This document shows, one piece after another, positions 37,696 through 46,906 of a stretch of DNA of 64,000 nt. Under the pieces are notes generated by a model. It saw nothing but the letters and a program-made list of their open reading frames with translations, had not been told where the DNA came from and did not search any database. A program made the translations under genes and the position numbers. Source of the stretch: Candidatus Woesearchaeota archaeon. Lineage in GTDB: Archaea; Nanobdellota; Nanobdellia; Woesearchaeales; 0-14-0-80-44-23. The stretch's first letter is position 1. The number at the start of each line of letters is the position of its first letter. The stretch spans positions 623,219 through 687,218 of the forward strand of contig JAVZCZ010000001.1 in NCBI GenBank assembly GCA_038874135.1, written 5' to 3'.

Positions 37696-40362
37696 GTGCG
37701 AAAAATGGCAAGTGATCAGTCTGAACAAAAACATGTATACTTCTTTGGTGAGACCAAATCCGATAAGAATCTTCTCGGAGGAAAGGGTGCTGGATTGAAT
37801 GAGATGACTAAGATAGGAATCCCTGTGCCCCCTGGATTTGTGATTACAACCGAAGCGTGCAGGGAATTCTTTAAAAATGGTTCAGTCAGAGGTTTAGATC
37901 TTGAAGTTGAAGAAGCAATATTAAAGCTTGAAAGGATTACTGGCAAGAAATTTGGAAGCCCAAAAAATCCTCTATTAGTTTCAGTTCGCTCGGGTGCCCC
38001 AGTCTCAATGCCCGGAATGATGGATACAATCTTAAATCTCGGAATGAACGAAGACACTGCTGCGGGGCTGACAGAACTTTCAGGGGATAGCCGATTTGCA
38101 TATGACTGTTACAGAAGATTTATTCAGATGTTTGGAAATGTTGTTCTCGGAATAAAACATGAGGAATTTGAAAAAATAATAGAAGAAGCGAAGAAACAAC
38201 TGAACAAGAGACAGGACACAGAATTGACAGCTGAGGACTGGAAAGAAGTAATAAGAAAGTATAAGAAGCTAGTGCTAGAAAGGACTGGAAAGCAGTTCCC
38301 AGAAAATCCGCGCCAGCAGTTAAAACTTGCAATAGAAGCAGTTTTTAATTCTTGGAAAAATGAGCGGGCAATAACATACAGGAAGCTTAATAATATTCCC
38401 GACGAGATGGGCACTGCAGTGAATGTACAGGCAATGGTCTTCGGAAACCTGGGCGACGACAGCGCTACCGGCGTAGCATTCACCAGAAATCCTTCCACGG
38501 GCCAGAATGAGTTTTATGGAGAGTTTCTCATAAACGCGCAGGGGGAGGATGTAGTTGCAGGTATAAGAACGCCTAAGCCAATCTCCGAATTAAAAAAGGA
38601 GATGCCAGAAACCTATGAGCAGCTGCTTCAAGTTAGAAAAAAATTAGAATCTCACTATAAGGACATGCAGGACATAGAATTTACAGTTGAAAGGGGAAAG
38701 CTGTTCCTGCTGCAAACAAGAAGTGGTAAAAGAAGTGCATATGCGGCAGTAAAAATCGCCCTGGACATGTTAGAAGAAGGTATAATCTCAGAAGAAGAGG
38801 CACTACTCAGGATAGAGCCAGCTCACCTCAACAGCCTAATGCACAAGCGCATAGATCCAAATGCTAAGCTGAAAGTCATTGCAAAAGGACTCGGCGGAAG
38901 CCCCGGAGCTGCCTCAGGACTGGCAGTTTTCAGCGCAGATGAAGCTGAACTCTTAGGTAAGGAGGGCAAGAGCGTAATCCTTGTTAGGAGCGAAACATCT
39001 CCAGACGACATTCACGGAATGGCAGCAGCGCAGGGAATACTTACTGCAAGGGGCGGACTAACAAGTCACGCAGCAGTCGTAGCTAGAGGCATGGGAAAGT
39101 GCTGCGTGGTAGGATGTGAGGACATAGTGATTGATGAGAAATCCCAATCTTTTAAGACAAAATCCGGAATAATAGTTAAACATCTTGATTCAATCACCAT
39201 AAACGGCACTACAGGTGAAGTAATTCTTGGAGAAGTCAAACTTGTAGAGCCAGAGCTTGGTCCTGAATTTAGAAGGATATTAGAGATTGCTGATAGGCAT
39301 AGGCGCTTAGGAGTCAAGGCGAATGCAGACATTCCCAGAGACGCAATCATTGCCAAAAAGTTTGGAGCAGAGGGCATAGGCCTATGTAGGACAGAGCACA
39401 TGTTCTTTGCAGAGGAGCGCCTCCCAATAATGCAGGAGATGATACTTGCTGATAATGAGGTTGACAGGCGAAGGGCTCTTGAAAAGCTGCTGCCAATGCA
39501 GAGGGCTGACTTTTACGGATTGTTTAAAGAAATGGAAGGCTTTCCCGTAATAATTAGACTTTTGGACCCGCCCCTTCACGAATTCCTTCCTAAGAGGGAA
39601 GAACTAATGGTGGAGTTGGCATTAGCGAAGGAGAGAAAGAATGATCCTGAAAAGATTGAAAAGTTGGAAAGATTGCTTAAGAGGGTTGAATCTCTCCACG
39701 AATTTAATCCAATGCTTGGCCACAGAGGCTGCCGATTAGGAATAGTTTATCCTGAAATAACTGAGATGCAGGCTAGAGCAATCTTCCAGGCAGCATGCTC
39801 CCTTGCAAAGGAGGGGAAAAGCGTTATGCCAGAAGTAATGATTCCCATAGTTAGCGATGTTAAGGAGTTTGTAAATCAGAAGAAGATAGTTGATGCAGTT
39901 GCAGAGCAGGTGATAAAGGAGGAAGGAATCAAGATAAATTATAAAGTCGGCACAATGATAGAGCTTCCCCGGGCAGCTCTTCTGGCAGATGAGATAGCCG
40001 GTGCAGCTGAATTCTTTTCTTTCGGCACTAACGACTTGACACAGACAACATTTGGCTTCAGTAGGGATGACTCTGGAAAGTTTATAAGATACTACTTAGA
40101 GCATGGAATTCTAGAGAAGGATCCATTTGCAGTGCTGGATCGCAGGGGCGTGGGAAAGCTTGTGGAGATGGCAGTTCGGCTTGGAAAAGAAGCTAATAAG
40201 CAGCTGGAGGTTGGAATCTGCGGAGAGCACGGCGGCGACCCTGAAAGCATAGAATTCTGCCATAAGGCAGGGCTAGATTATGTTAGCTGCTCACCTTTCA
40301 GAGTTCCAATAGCCCGCCTTGCAGCAGCAAGGGCAGCTGTTTTGGAAAAAATCAAACAATAA
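37696..40362 (+). CDS. ppdK: Pyruvate phosphate dikinase
   Basis: 888 aa with N-terminal KNLLGGKGAGL, the phospho-His GGLTSHAAVVARGMGKCCVVG and a C-terminal PEP/pyruvate domain. Confidence 0.9.
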   Translation: MRKMASDQSEQKHVYFFGETKSDKNLLGGKGAGLNEMTKIGIPVPPGFVITTEACREFFKNGSVRGLDLEVEEAILKLERITGKKFGSPKNPLLVSVRSGAPVSMPGMMDTILNLGMNEDTAAGLTELSGDSRFAYDCYRRFIQMFGNVVLGIKHEEFEKIIEEAKKQLNKRQDTELTAEDWKEVIRKYKKLVLERTGKQFPENPRQQLKLAIEAVFNSWKNERAITYRKLNNIPDEMGTAVNVQAMVFGNLGDDSATGVAFTRNPSTGQNEFYGEFLINAQGEDVVAGIRTPKPISELKKEMPETYEQLLQVRKKLESHYKDMQDIEFTVERGKLFLLQTRSGKRSAYAAVKIALDMLEEGIISEEEALLRIEPAHLNSLMHKRIDPNAKLKVIAKGLGGSPGAASGLAVFSADEAELLGKEGKSVILVRSETSPDDIHGMAAAQGILTARGGLTSHAAVVARGMGKCCVVGCEDIVIDEKSQSFKTKSGIIVKHLDSITINGTTGEVILGEVKLVEPELGPEFRRILEIADRHRRLGVKANADIPRDAIIAKKFGAEGIGLCRTEHMFFAEERLPIMQEMILADNEVDRRRALEKLLPMQRADFYGLFKEMEGFPVIIRLLDPPLHEFLPKREELMVELALAKERKNDPEKIEKLERLLKRVESLHEFNPMLGHRGCRLGIVYPEITEMQARAIFQAACSLAKEGKSVMPEVMIPIVSDVKEFVNQKKIVDAVAEQVIKEEGIKINYKVGTMIELPRAALLADEIAGAAEFFSFGTNDLTQTTFGFSRDDSGKFIRYYLEHGILEKDPFAVLDRRGVGKLVEMAVRLGKEANKQLEVGICGEHGGDPESIEFCHKAGLDYVSCSPFRVPIARLAAARAAVLEKIKQ

Positions 40363-40374
40363 TCTTTTATCTTT

Positions 40375-41559
40375 TTATTTAAGAAAATTTTTAACTGCGT
40401 ATATGAACATTCCTGCAGCCCAGGCAAATGGGCGCTCGCTCTTGTAAAGAATACGATCTACAGGAATTCCTCTTCTCTCTTCATACACTTCGCAAACATC
40501 ACTGTCCCTATTTATGATGTCAGAAATTTTTTCTGCAAGTAGCATCGCATTCTTTTTCTTTCCCGCGACCGTCTTTGCTATTATTCCTAGGCAGCCTATC
40601 CAGAGCCAGCTCATTCCATCTTGGTAATCTGGAATCAGTAGGAGATAATTAGCTGGGTCAATGTTTCTCCAGCCATAGTGTGGATAATTCGTCCTGTAAG
40701 GGACTCCGTTTTCCAGTCCAAATTCTTCCAACTTTGAGATTATTAAGGAAGCCCTTTTATTGTCAGCTATTCCCAGCATTATTGCCATCAGGTTTCCTTC
40801 AGTTGAAAAGAATTCGTGTCTCTGCCCATCTTCGGAAATCCAATCAGTGTAGTATGCTCCGTTCCACATCAAAGAGTTTATTTTCTTTTTAACCTTTTCA
40901 GCAATAGACTGGCTTTTCTTATAATCCTTCCAACGATTTTGCCGCTTTGCAATTTCAGCGAAAGAGAGGCATCCCCAGTAGTGGCAGGCTTCAGTATAAA
41001 GCACCTTGCCCGACTTTTTCACAGTGTCCAGCCAGCTGCAATAGGTACCTTCCTCTATAAGCCCGTCTTCATCCACATCTAAGGTTAGGTTCCACTCAAA
41101 AGCCTTCTTCACAGCTTCATAATTTTTTCTTGCAAAATTCCAATCTCCTGACTTTTTACAATACTCATTAAATGCAACTAGGAATAGAGAATTCTGATCA
41201 GCAGGCTTTTTAGACCCTGAAATCCAGGGGTATGCTCTATCAATTTCATACCTGACCTTATTTATCTTTTCTTCCGGAGAGCTTTTTAGGTGTATTCCTA
41301 ATATTTTAGGGATAATATTGTTACAGCCTATCCTTAGAGGAATCTGCCCATCCTCTTTCTGCTTTGAGATGAACAACTGCAAATGATCTCTTACGACTTT
41401 GTAGTGCTCCAGCGATGAGGCTCCTAAGCACGCAAAGAAGCCGTCCCTTGCCCAGTAGTCATCAAAATGTCTCTTTCCCGCAAGAATTCCGTAAGGGGTG
41501 TAACATTTTTTTAGAGAATGAGTTGCAACTTCCAAAGCTTTAATTATCTTCCTATTCAT
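40375..41559 (-). CDS. Six-hairpin glycoside hydrolase (GH15/GH63/GDE_C-like)
   Basis: 394 aa, an alpha/alpha-toroid-like sequence (DDYWARDGFF ... W-rich), with no signal peptide. Confidence 0.45.
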   Translation of the reverse strand: MNRKIIKALEVATHSLKKCYTPYGILAGKRHFDDYWARDGFFACLGASSLEHYKVVRDHLQLFISKQKEDGQIPLRIGCNNIIPKILGIHLKSSPEEKINKVRYEIDRAYPWISGSKKPADQNSLFLVAFNEYCKKSGDWNFARKNYEAVKKAFEWNLTLDVDEDGLIEEGTYCSWLDTVKKSGKVLYTEACHYWGCLSFAEIAKRQNRWKDYKKSQSIAEKVKKKINSLMWNGAYYTDWISEDGQRHEFFSTEGNLMAIMLGIADNKRASLIISKLEEFGLENGVPYRTNYPHYGWRNIDPANYLLLIPDYQDGMSWLWIGCLGIIAKTVAGKKKNAMLLAEKISDIINRDSDVCEVYEERRGIPVDRILYKSERPFAWAAGMFIYAVKNFLK

Positions 41560-41987
41560 TTTATGAACTCAAAAATCGCCGTGCCAGTCCAGTCTGAAGG
41601 AGTTGCATTCTCAGGTATATTAGCAGTGCAGCTTATTGTAATCTTCTCGTTAGGCATTATTGTTGAGCCATTACCAGTGCAACTCACTAGTTCTGAAGCA
41701 TTTCCAACTATCCAAAACCTCAACTTTAGGGGAATCTTATCTGAATTTGTTATGATTAACTCTCTTCTTCCAAAACCTCCAGGTGGTATCTGCCCAAAAT
41801 ACAGAATATTCCCCTGAATTATTCCTACACCTACTTCCATCTCTTTGGATACTGAAAAATTTATTGGAACCTCAACCATTTTATAAGATGAGGTTTTAAC
41901 TCTTATCAGTAAGAAGAATGATACCACAGAGAAAACTACTAAAATAATTAAGGCTATTGCAACCTGAAAATTATTCTTTTTTAGCAT
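41556..41987 (-). CDS. Small secreted or signal-anchored protein
   Basis: 143 aa with an N-terminal hydrophobic helix VAIALIILVVFSVVSFFLLI and several N-x-S/T sequons. Confidence 0.45.
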   Translation of the reverse strand: MLKKNNFQVAIALIILVVFSVVSFFLLIRVKTSSYKMVEVPINFSVSKEMEVGVGIIQGNILYFGQIPPGGFGRRELIITNSDKIPLKLRFWIVGNASELVSCTGNGSTIMPNEKITISCTANIPENATPSDWTGTAIFEFIK

Positions 41988-42003
41988 ACCAATCCTTCTT
42001 TTA

Positions 42004-43194
42004 TTAATTAAGCCTTTCTTTCCTATTGATGATTATCCAGATGCCTATATTTATTAGAAGGACTGCAATTACAATTATGGAAATTACTGCCCACTGAGGT
42101 ACTGTAAACTTTTCTTTCTGCTTCGGCTCAAGCTTAACTTCAAAGCTTCCAGAATACGCTTCTGCTTTATTCCCATACTTCAAAGATATGTCTAGCGTGT
42201 AGTTTCCAATTGGGATGCTGCTTAAATCTATATATCCGGTTAAGTTCTTTCTATCCCAGCTTGTTAAGGATTCGGAAAGAGTTCTAAACTGGGAGAGCTT
42301 TACAGTTCCATTCTTTAAGGAGACCTCTGCTACAACCTCATTTATTGGCTCGTTCCAATTGCTCTCAACTTCTAAATAGAAGGGATTTATCTTTCCTACA
42401 AATCCGCTTCTGCTGAAGTCAATCAAGTCCACTTTGAGTTCTCCAATCCTGAACTCTATGGGAGGAGTATGCGCTGATATCCCATCATAGTCCAGCTCTG
42501 CATAAGCCCAGTACCTTCCCGGGCTCAGCCCATCCCCCTTGAGCAATGCTTCAGTTTCTTTTACTTCATTCGGTTCAAGTCCAATGACTTCCTGCACATC
42601 TGTGCTTCCCACACTCTCGTTTGCCCCGTTGTAGGCATAAACAGTTCCATTTATCCTATCTATAGCCTGGTCTCCCAAGTTTGTCATTGATACCTTAAAC
42701 TTAACATCTTCTCCCTGTTTTGCCCCTTCACTTGAAAGATAAGCATCTAGGTATTTTCCAGAATATGGCACGTGGATTCTTAAAGGCTGATTAACCTGTG
42801 CAAATACAACTATTGTTCCATGCTGATTGTACCTGTTTTCCTTTACGCTTATCAGCTGCTGGTGCACTCCCGGCTTTTCAATCTTTTCAGGAAATTTTAT
42901 TATCACATTGAACTTTTTAGTTTCGTGAGGTGCAAGCTGAAACTCATCAGGAGAAGCGCTCATATACTCTGCAAGGTCTCCTGAAAAAAATATTGAAATG
43001 CCCATTGTTTCATCATTTGTGTTGTATGCTGCGTATTCTATTGTAAGCTCCTGATTTGGCACAAAGCTTACATCCTTTGTTGAGAACATTATTCCTACTG
43101 CTCCGGCAAAGCTTGAAAAAAAGAGGAAAAGAATCATCCAGTAAAGTGTGAGCCAGCCTTTCTTAACCATAACAACCACAATAGTCTTTAACAA
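42004..43194 (-). CDS. Cell-surface protein with C-terminal TM anchor (paralog of 45595-46905)
   Basis: 396 aa with a signal peptide, a beta-rich ectodomain and the C-terminal anchor VISIIVIAVLLINIGIWIIINRKERLN. It shares the block SGDLAEYMSA ... PGVHQQLISV with the 446-aa protein. Confidence 0.5.
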   Translation of the reverse strand: MLKTIVVVMVKKGWLTLYWMILFLFFSSFAGAVGIMFSTKDVSFVPNQELTIEYAAYNTNDETMGISIFFSGDLAEYMSASPDEFQLAPHETKKFNVIIKFPEKIEKPGVHQQLISVKENRYNQHGTIVVFAQVNQPLRIHVPYSGKYLDAYLSSEGAKQGEDVKFKVSMTNLGDQAIDRINGTVYAYNGANESVGSTDVQEVIGLEPNEVKETEALLKGDGLSPGRYWAYAELDYDGISAHTPPIEFRIGELKVDLIDFSRSGFVGKINPFYLEVESNWNEPINEVVAEVSLKNGTVKLSQFRTLSESLTSWDRKNLTGYIDLSSIPIGNYTLDISLKYGNKAEAYSGSFEVKLEPKQKEKFTVPQWAVISIIVIAVLLINIGIWIIINRKERLN

Positions 43195-43244
43195 CTATAA
43201 AAATTTTATTAAAAATTTTGAAATAAGAAAAAAATTGTAAATCC

Positions 43245-43907
43245 TTATGATGAGATAAAGTCTATTTGCACCTGCACCTGTTTTTCTCCAGGAACTGCGT
43301 CAAACGGCACGGTTACCTTTGCAGCTACCCAGAGTTCGTTGTTAGTTCCATATGTGAAGGCTGTTCCAGTAGCGTTGGCGCAAAGGTTGCTCTTGGCAGT
43401 TGTTAGAGGTGTCCAGCTGGTTGTCTGGAAAGCGTCGTTACAGCCATCGTTTGCAGTTGGGTTTATAGCTGCAAACCACGCCTGGCTCCAGCCTGTTGAA
43501 ACAGAGTTTATCCAAGCTGTAGCGTTTGCAGAAGCATTTATTGTAAGGTTTCCATTAGTGTTTCCAGTATTTCTAACTATTATGTACCTCTTTGTCGGGT
43601 CTGATATGGCGTTTGCCCAGTCGCCCTGGCAGTCGGTGTCAGGTCTGGCTCCTGAAGAGAGGTTGCTTTCCATTGTGCAGTTTGTATTAACTAAAGCGTA
43701 TCCGCTTCCGAAGTCAATCGCCTGCGTTACGGTTATTGCTGAGCTGCTCGTAACAGTAAGGTTAACCTTTGCAGATCCAGATGTTGCGAATCCGGTTATT
43801 CCGAACTTCGAAAGCCGGTTTAGGCTGATTAGTGTTCCGCCTATTGAAACTATTATGGCAATCACGAGAAGGGTTGCCAATGTTTTATTGCTTATTTCTT
43901 CTGCCAT
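43245..43907 (-). CDS. Secreted protein with conserved N-terminal signal-anchor
   Basis: 220 aa. The N-terminus MAEEISNKTLATLLVIAIIVSIGGTLISL is related to the N-terminus of the adjacent small gene. The rest is Thr/Ser/Asn-rich. Confidence 0.5.
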   Translation of the reverse strand: MAEEISNKTLATLLVIAIIVSIGGTLISLNRLSKFGITGFATSGSAKVNLTVTSSSAITVTQAIDFGSGYALVNTNCTMESNLSSGARPDTDCQGDWANAISDPTKRYIIVRNTGNTNGNLTINASANATAWINSVSTGWSQAWFAAINPTANDGCNDAFQTTSWTPLTTAKSNLCANATGTAFTYGTNNELWVAAKVTVPFDAVPGEKQVQVQIDFISS

Positions 43908-43929
43908 TTTATTCCTCCCATCATTCCCA

Positions 43930-44150
43930 TCATTCTGGTTTTATAACATTTAAGCTTATTCTCGCCTGTCCGCTGGGCGGCTGCGAGGGCTTTATGACTG
44001 TGAGTGATATTTTTGAAGTTGTCGGGGCTGGCTGCGCGCTCTGTTTTTGCGTATTTGTCGCACTGAGTATTGTCCAAGTTCCAAGTATTGAAACAATAAT
44101 CGTTAGAACAAGCAGCACAGCTACAGTGTTTTTTGAGACTTCAACCATTT
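43930..44150 (-). CDS. Small secreted protein with the same N-terminal signal-anchor family
   Basis: The track ORF 43930-44340 is trimmed to the internal MVEVSKNTVAVLLVLTIIVSILGTWTIL (73 aa). The upstream part of the ORF overlaps the RNase P RNA and is rejected. Confidence 0.35.
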
Positions 44151-44257
44151 TCAACCTCTCCAGAGATGATTTAAGCTGCTTTAAATCATTTCCATTTTTA
44201 AATATTTCTATTCTGCGGTGGTTATAGAATGGCAAAATTTTTAATTTAGCACAGCTA

Positions 44258-44572
44258 TCATTTAAAAGGTAGGGCAGATACCCGGCTTTCGGAGCAGATG
44301 CTCTGAGGAAAGTCCGCCCACCATACAGAGCTGCACGCACAAGCGTGGCCTGGAAACAGGCGGCAACCGCTCAGAAACGAGACCTCCTGAGCCAAGGATG
44401 AAGCGTGAGAGTGCCCTGGCGACAGGGCTCAGTTAACCCGCAGACGTTCCTCAGGGAAGGGTGAAACGGCGAGCCCCAGCGGTGCAAGTCCGTTTTTGGA
44501 CGCTAAGTAGAATGCTGGGAGGGGCATTTCGCAAGATGCCTGACAGAAGGCGGCTTATTTCTGCCCTACAAT
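44258..44572 (+). ncRNA. rnpB: RNase P RNA (archaeal type A-like)
   Basis: Contains the universally conserved CR-I-like GAGGAAAGTCCGCCCACC and the CR-V-like ACAGAAGGCGGCTTA. The terminal P1 pairing is GGGCAGA...TCTGCCC. The length of about 310 nt is typical. Confidence 0.7.
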
Positions 44573-44744
44573 ATATTCCTTCTTTTTTCAATTCATTTTT
44601 TTACTACTTCCTACTCTGTTAAACTCTTATGTTACCGCAAAGTAGAACATTTTTGAAAAGATTTAAATATTGAAAGGTTACAATTACACAAAAAAAGGGG
44701 TGGAATGTCAGTTAGCACGTTCCAGATGCACCGGAGGTAATAAG

Positions 44745-45572
44745 ATGATAGTAAAGGAAGAGTTTCTCAGCAAACTGCGCCTGTATTTCTCTCTAAACCT
44801 CTATGAAGTCAAGATTTGGACTGCTCTGCTCTCAAGAGGAGTTTCCACAGCAGGAGAGCTCTCAGACATAGCAAATGTTCCGAGGTCAAGGGCTTACGAT
44901 GTTCTGGAATCCCTTGAAAAGAAGGGCTTCGTAATAATGAAGTTCGGAAAGCCTATAAAGTATCTTGCAGTCCCTCCAGAAGAAGTTGTTGAAAGGGTAA
45001 AAAAACACATGCAGAGAGAGGCAGAAACAAAGATAAAGCGCCTAAATGACATAAGAAATACTGACATTCTGGATGAGTTAAAATCCATTCACAGTCAAGG
45101 AATAGAACTGGTAGAACCAACAGACCTCTCAGGTAGCCTAAGGGGAAGGCACAACCTATATAACCACCTTGAGTCAATGATGCTAGCTGCAGAAAAAACA
45201 GTCACGATAATAACGACAACGCAAGGTTTCATAAGAGAAGTTGAAGGATTTAAGCCGGTATTTGAAAAACTCAAAAAGAGAGGAGTAAAAATAAGAATAG
45301 CAGCCCCCCTAACGCAGCAGTGTGCAGCAGCAGTTGAAGAAGCCTCAAAGTATGCTGAAGTGAGGCATACAAAGACAAAGGCGAGATTCACAATAGTTGA
45401 TTCAAAAGACATAACCTTTATGGTTATGGATGATGCGGACGTGCACCCCACATATGACATAGGAATCTGGATAAACTCTCCATTCTTTGCATCTGCGCTT
45501 GAAGAGATGTTTGAACTCGCCTGGAAGGAGATGAAGCCAGCAGAAGAAGTTATAAAATTAAAAACCAAATAA
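44745..45572 (+). CDS. TrmB-family transcriptional regulator
   Basis: The N-terminal winged HTH LYEVKIWTALLSRGVSTAGELSDIANVPRSRAYDVLESLEKKGFV is the TrmB signature, followed by a C-terminal effector domain. The start is trimmed to MIVKEE. Confidence 0.75.
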   Translation: MIVKEEFLSKLRLYFSLNLYEVKIWTALLSRGVSTAGELSDIANVPRSRAYDVLESLEKKGFVIMKFGKPIKYLAVPPEEVVERVKKHMQREAETKIKRLNDIRNTDILDELKSIHSQGIELVEPTDLSGSLRGRHNLYNHLESMMLAAEKTVTIITTTQGFIREVEGFKPVFEKLKKRGVKIRIAAPLTQQCAAAVEEASKYAEVRHTKTKARFTIVDSKDITFMVMDDADVHPTYDIGIWINSPFFASALEEMFELAWKEMKPAEEVIKLKTK

Positions 45573-45594
45573 ACTTTCTATTTTTTTAATTAAT

Positions 45595-46905
45595 CTAATC
45601 TAATTCAATCTTCTTCCCACTCTGCCTTTTTATTGTTTCATATGCACTCATTATTAGCTCGCGAACCTTCTTCCTTTCACTTGGAGAAAGCTTCTCATAA
45701 TCCATCCTTAAACGCTGATAAATCTTAACTGCTCTTTCAACATTTCTCAACTCAGCTTCCCTGATAGCCCTCTTAGCCCTCAGCTTAATGATAGAAGTTT
45801 TCAAGCCAGCCGACCTAAAAACAAAAATCAGAATAATTGAAGCAACAAAAAATACCACAATAGTTAAAAGCCTCTTCTGCCGTAAGGCGTCCTCACTCTC
45901 AGCATAGGTAATTCCCGACATAGCACTAAGACGGAATTCTCGCATTTCAGAAACATTATCATAAAAGGCATAAACCTTAAAGGTATACCTCCCCTCGGGA
46001 ATTTCTGAACAATCCCAAAAGAATTCAACATCTGCGTCTTTAAATATCGTAAGTGAATTTGCCCTTATTTCAGAAATTAGACTACCTTTAGAATTCACAA
46101 CCTCAATTTTCGGCTCAAACTCAACACCCCTATTCCAATTTGAAACATAACTCACAACAATCCTATTTATCTCTCCAGGCTTGAATCCTGGAACTTCTAC
46201 CCTAATCGGAACTACTCTCACCTTCCCAATTCGGATAAGGGAATCATACCCTCGCTCTACACCATCGTAATACAGCCACACCCTTGCAAGATACTCACCC
46301 GAAAGATTACCACGGCTCCTACTTATCGTCTTCTCACTTCCAGAAGCAACTCCGCCAATACTCTGATTAATCCTGAAAACCTCAGAATCGCCATCATAAA
46401 GAACAAGAGAAGCATATGCATCCCTAATGTCACTCAGTCCAAGGTTTCTAACTCTTAAAGCAATCTCCCTCTCACTAGAGTTTATCATCGCAAAGAGAAA
46501 CTTATCAGACTTCACCACAGTATAAATCTGAGCACTTACAGATACACCGGCATTTATACCTTCTCCTTCAGAAGGCCTGGCTGAAAACACCACTTCAGTA
46601 ACATAAGTTCCAGGGCTCAAGCCAGAAGGTAGTTTTACTTCAACATTAACAGGATAGTATTCCTGCTCTGCACTTATCTTGAAAGAATAGTTGGATATTT
46701 TAAAATATTCTGCAAGCTCACCGCTCACAATAGCAGAAACATAAACCGGTACTCTATCCTTATTATACAATCTGAACTGCAAGTTATTTACAATGCCCGG
46801 CTCGTATTCCAGAGTATAATATGCTGGACCAACACCCAATCTCAATGCTTGCACAATTGAAGCTAATGTAAGCACTCCTAAAATCCAGATTAAAATTTTT
46901 TTCAT
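45595..46905 (-). CDS. Cell-surface protein with C-terminal TM anchor and cytoplasmic coiled-coil tail
   Basis: 446 aa with a signal peptide, an ectodomain paralogous to 42004-43194, the TM LLTIVVFFVASIILIFVF and a basic coiled-coil tail. It is the last gene of the HTH-plus-giant-protein operon. Confidence 0.55.
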   Translation of the reverse strand: MKKILIWILGVLTLASIVQALRLGVGPAYYTLEYEPGIVNNLQFRLYNKDRVPVYVSAIVSGELAEYFKISNYSFKISAEQEYYPVNVEVKLPSGLSPGTYVTEVVFSARPSEGEGINAGVSVSAQIYTVVKSDKFLFAMINSSEREIALRVRNLGLSDIRDAYASLVLYDGDSEVFRINQSIGGVASGSEKTISRSRGNLSGEYLARVWLYYDGVERGYDSLIRIGKVRVVPIRVEVPGFKPGEINRIVVSYVSNWNRGVEFEPKIEVVNSKGSLISEIRANSLTIFKDADVEFFWDCSEIPEGRYTFKVYAFYDNVSEMREFRLSAMSGITYAESEDALRQKRLLTIVVFFVASIILIFVFRSAGLKTSIIKLRAKRAIREAELRNVERAVKIYQRLRMDYEKLSPSERKKVRELIMSAYETIKRQSGKKIELD

Positions 46906-46906
46906 C

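Noticed and set aside
43339-44227. Plus-strand ORFs 43339-43953 and 43832-44227.
   Set aside because: They are antisense to the two secreted-protein genes with a conserved signal-anchor, and they have no independent support.
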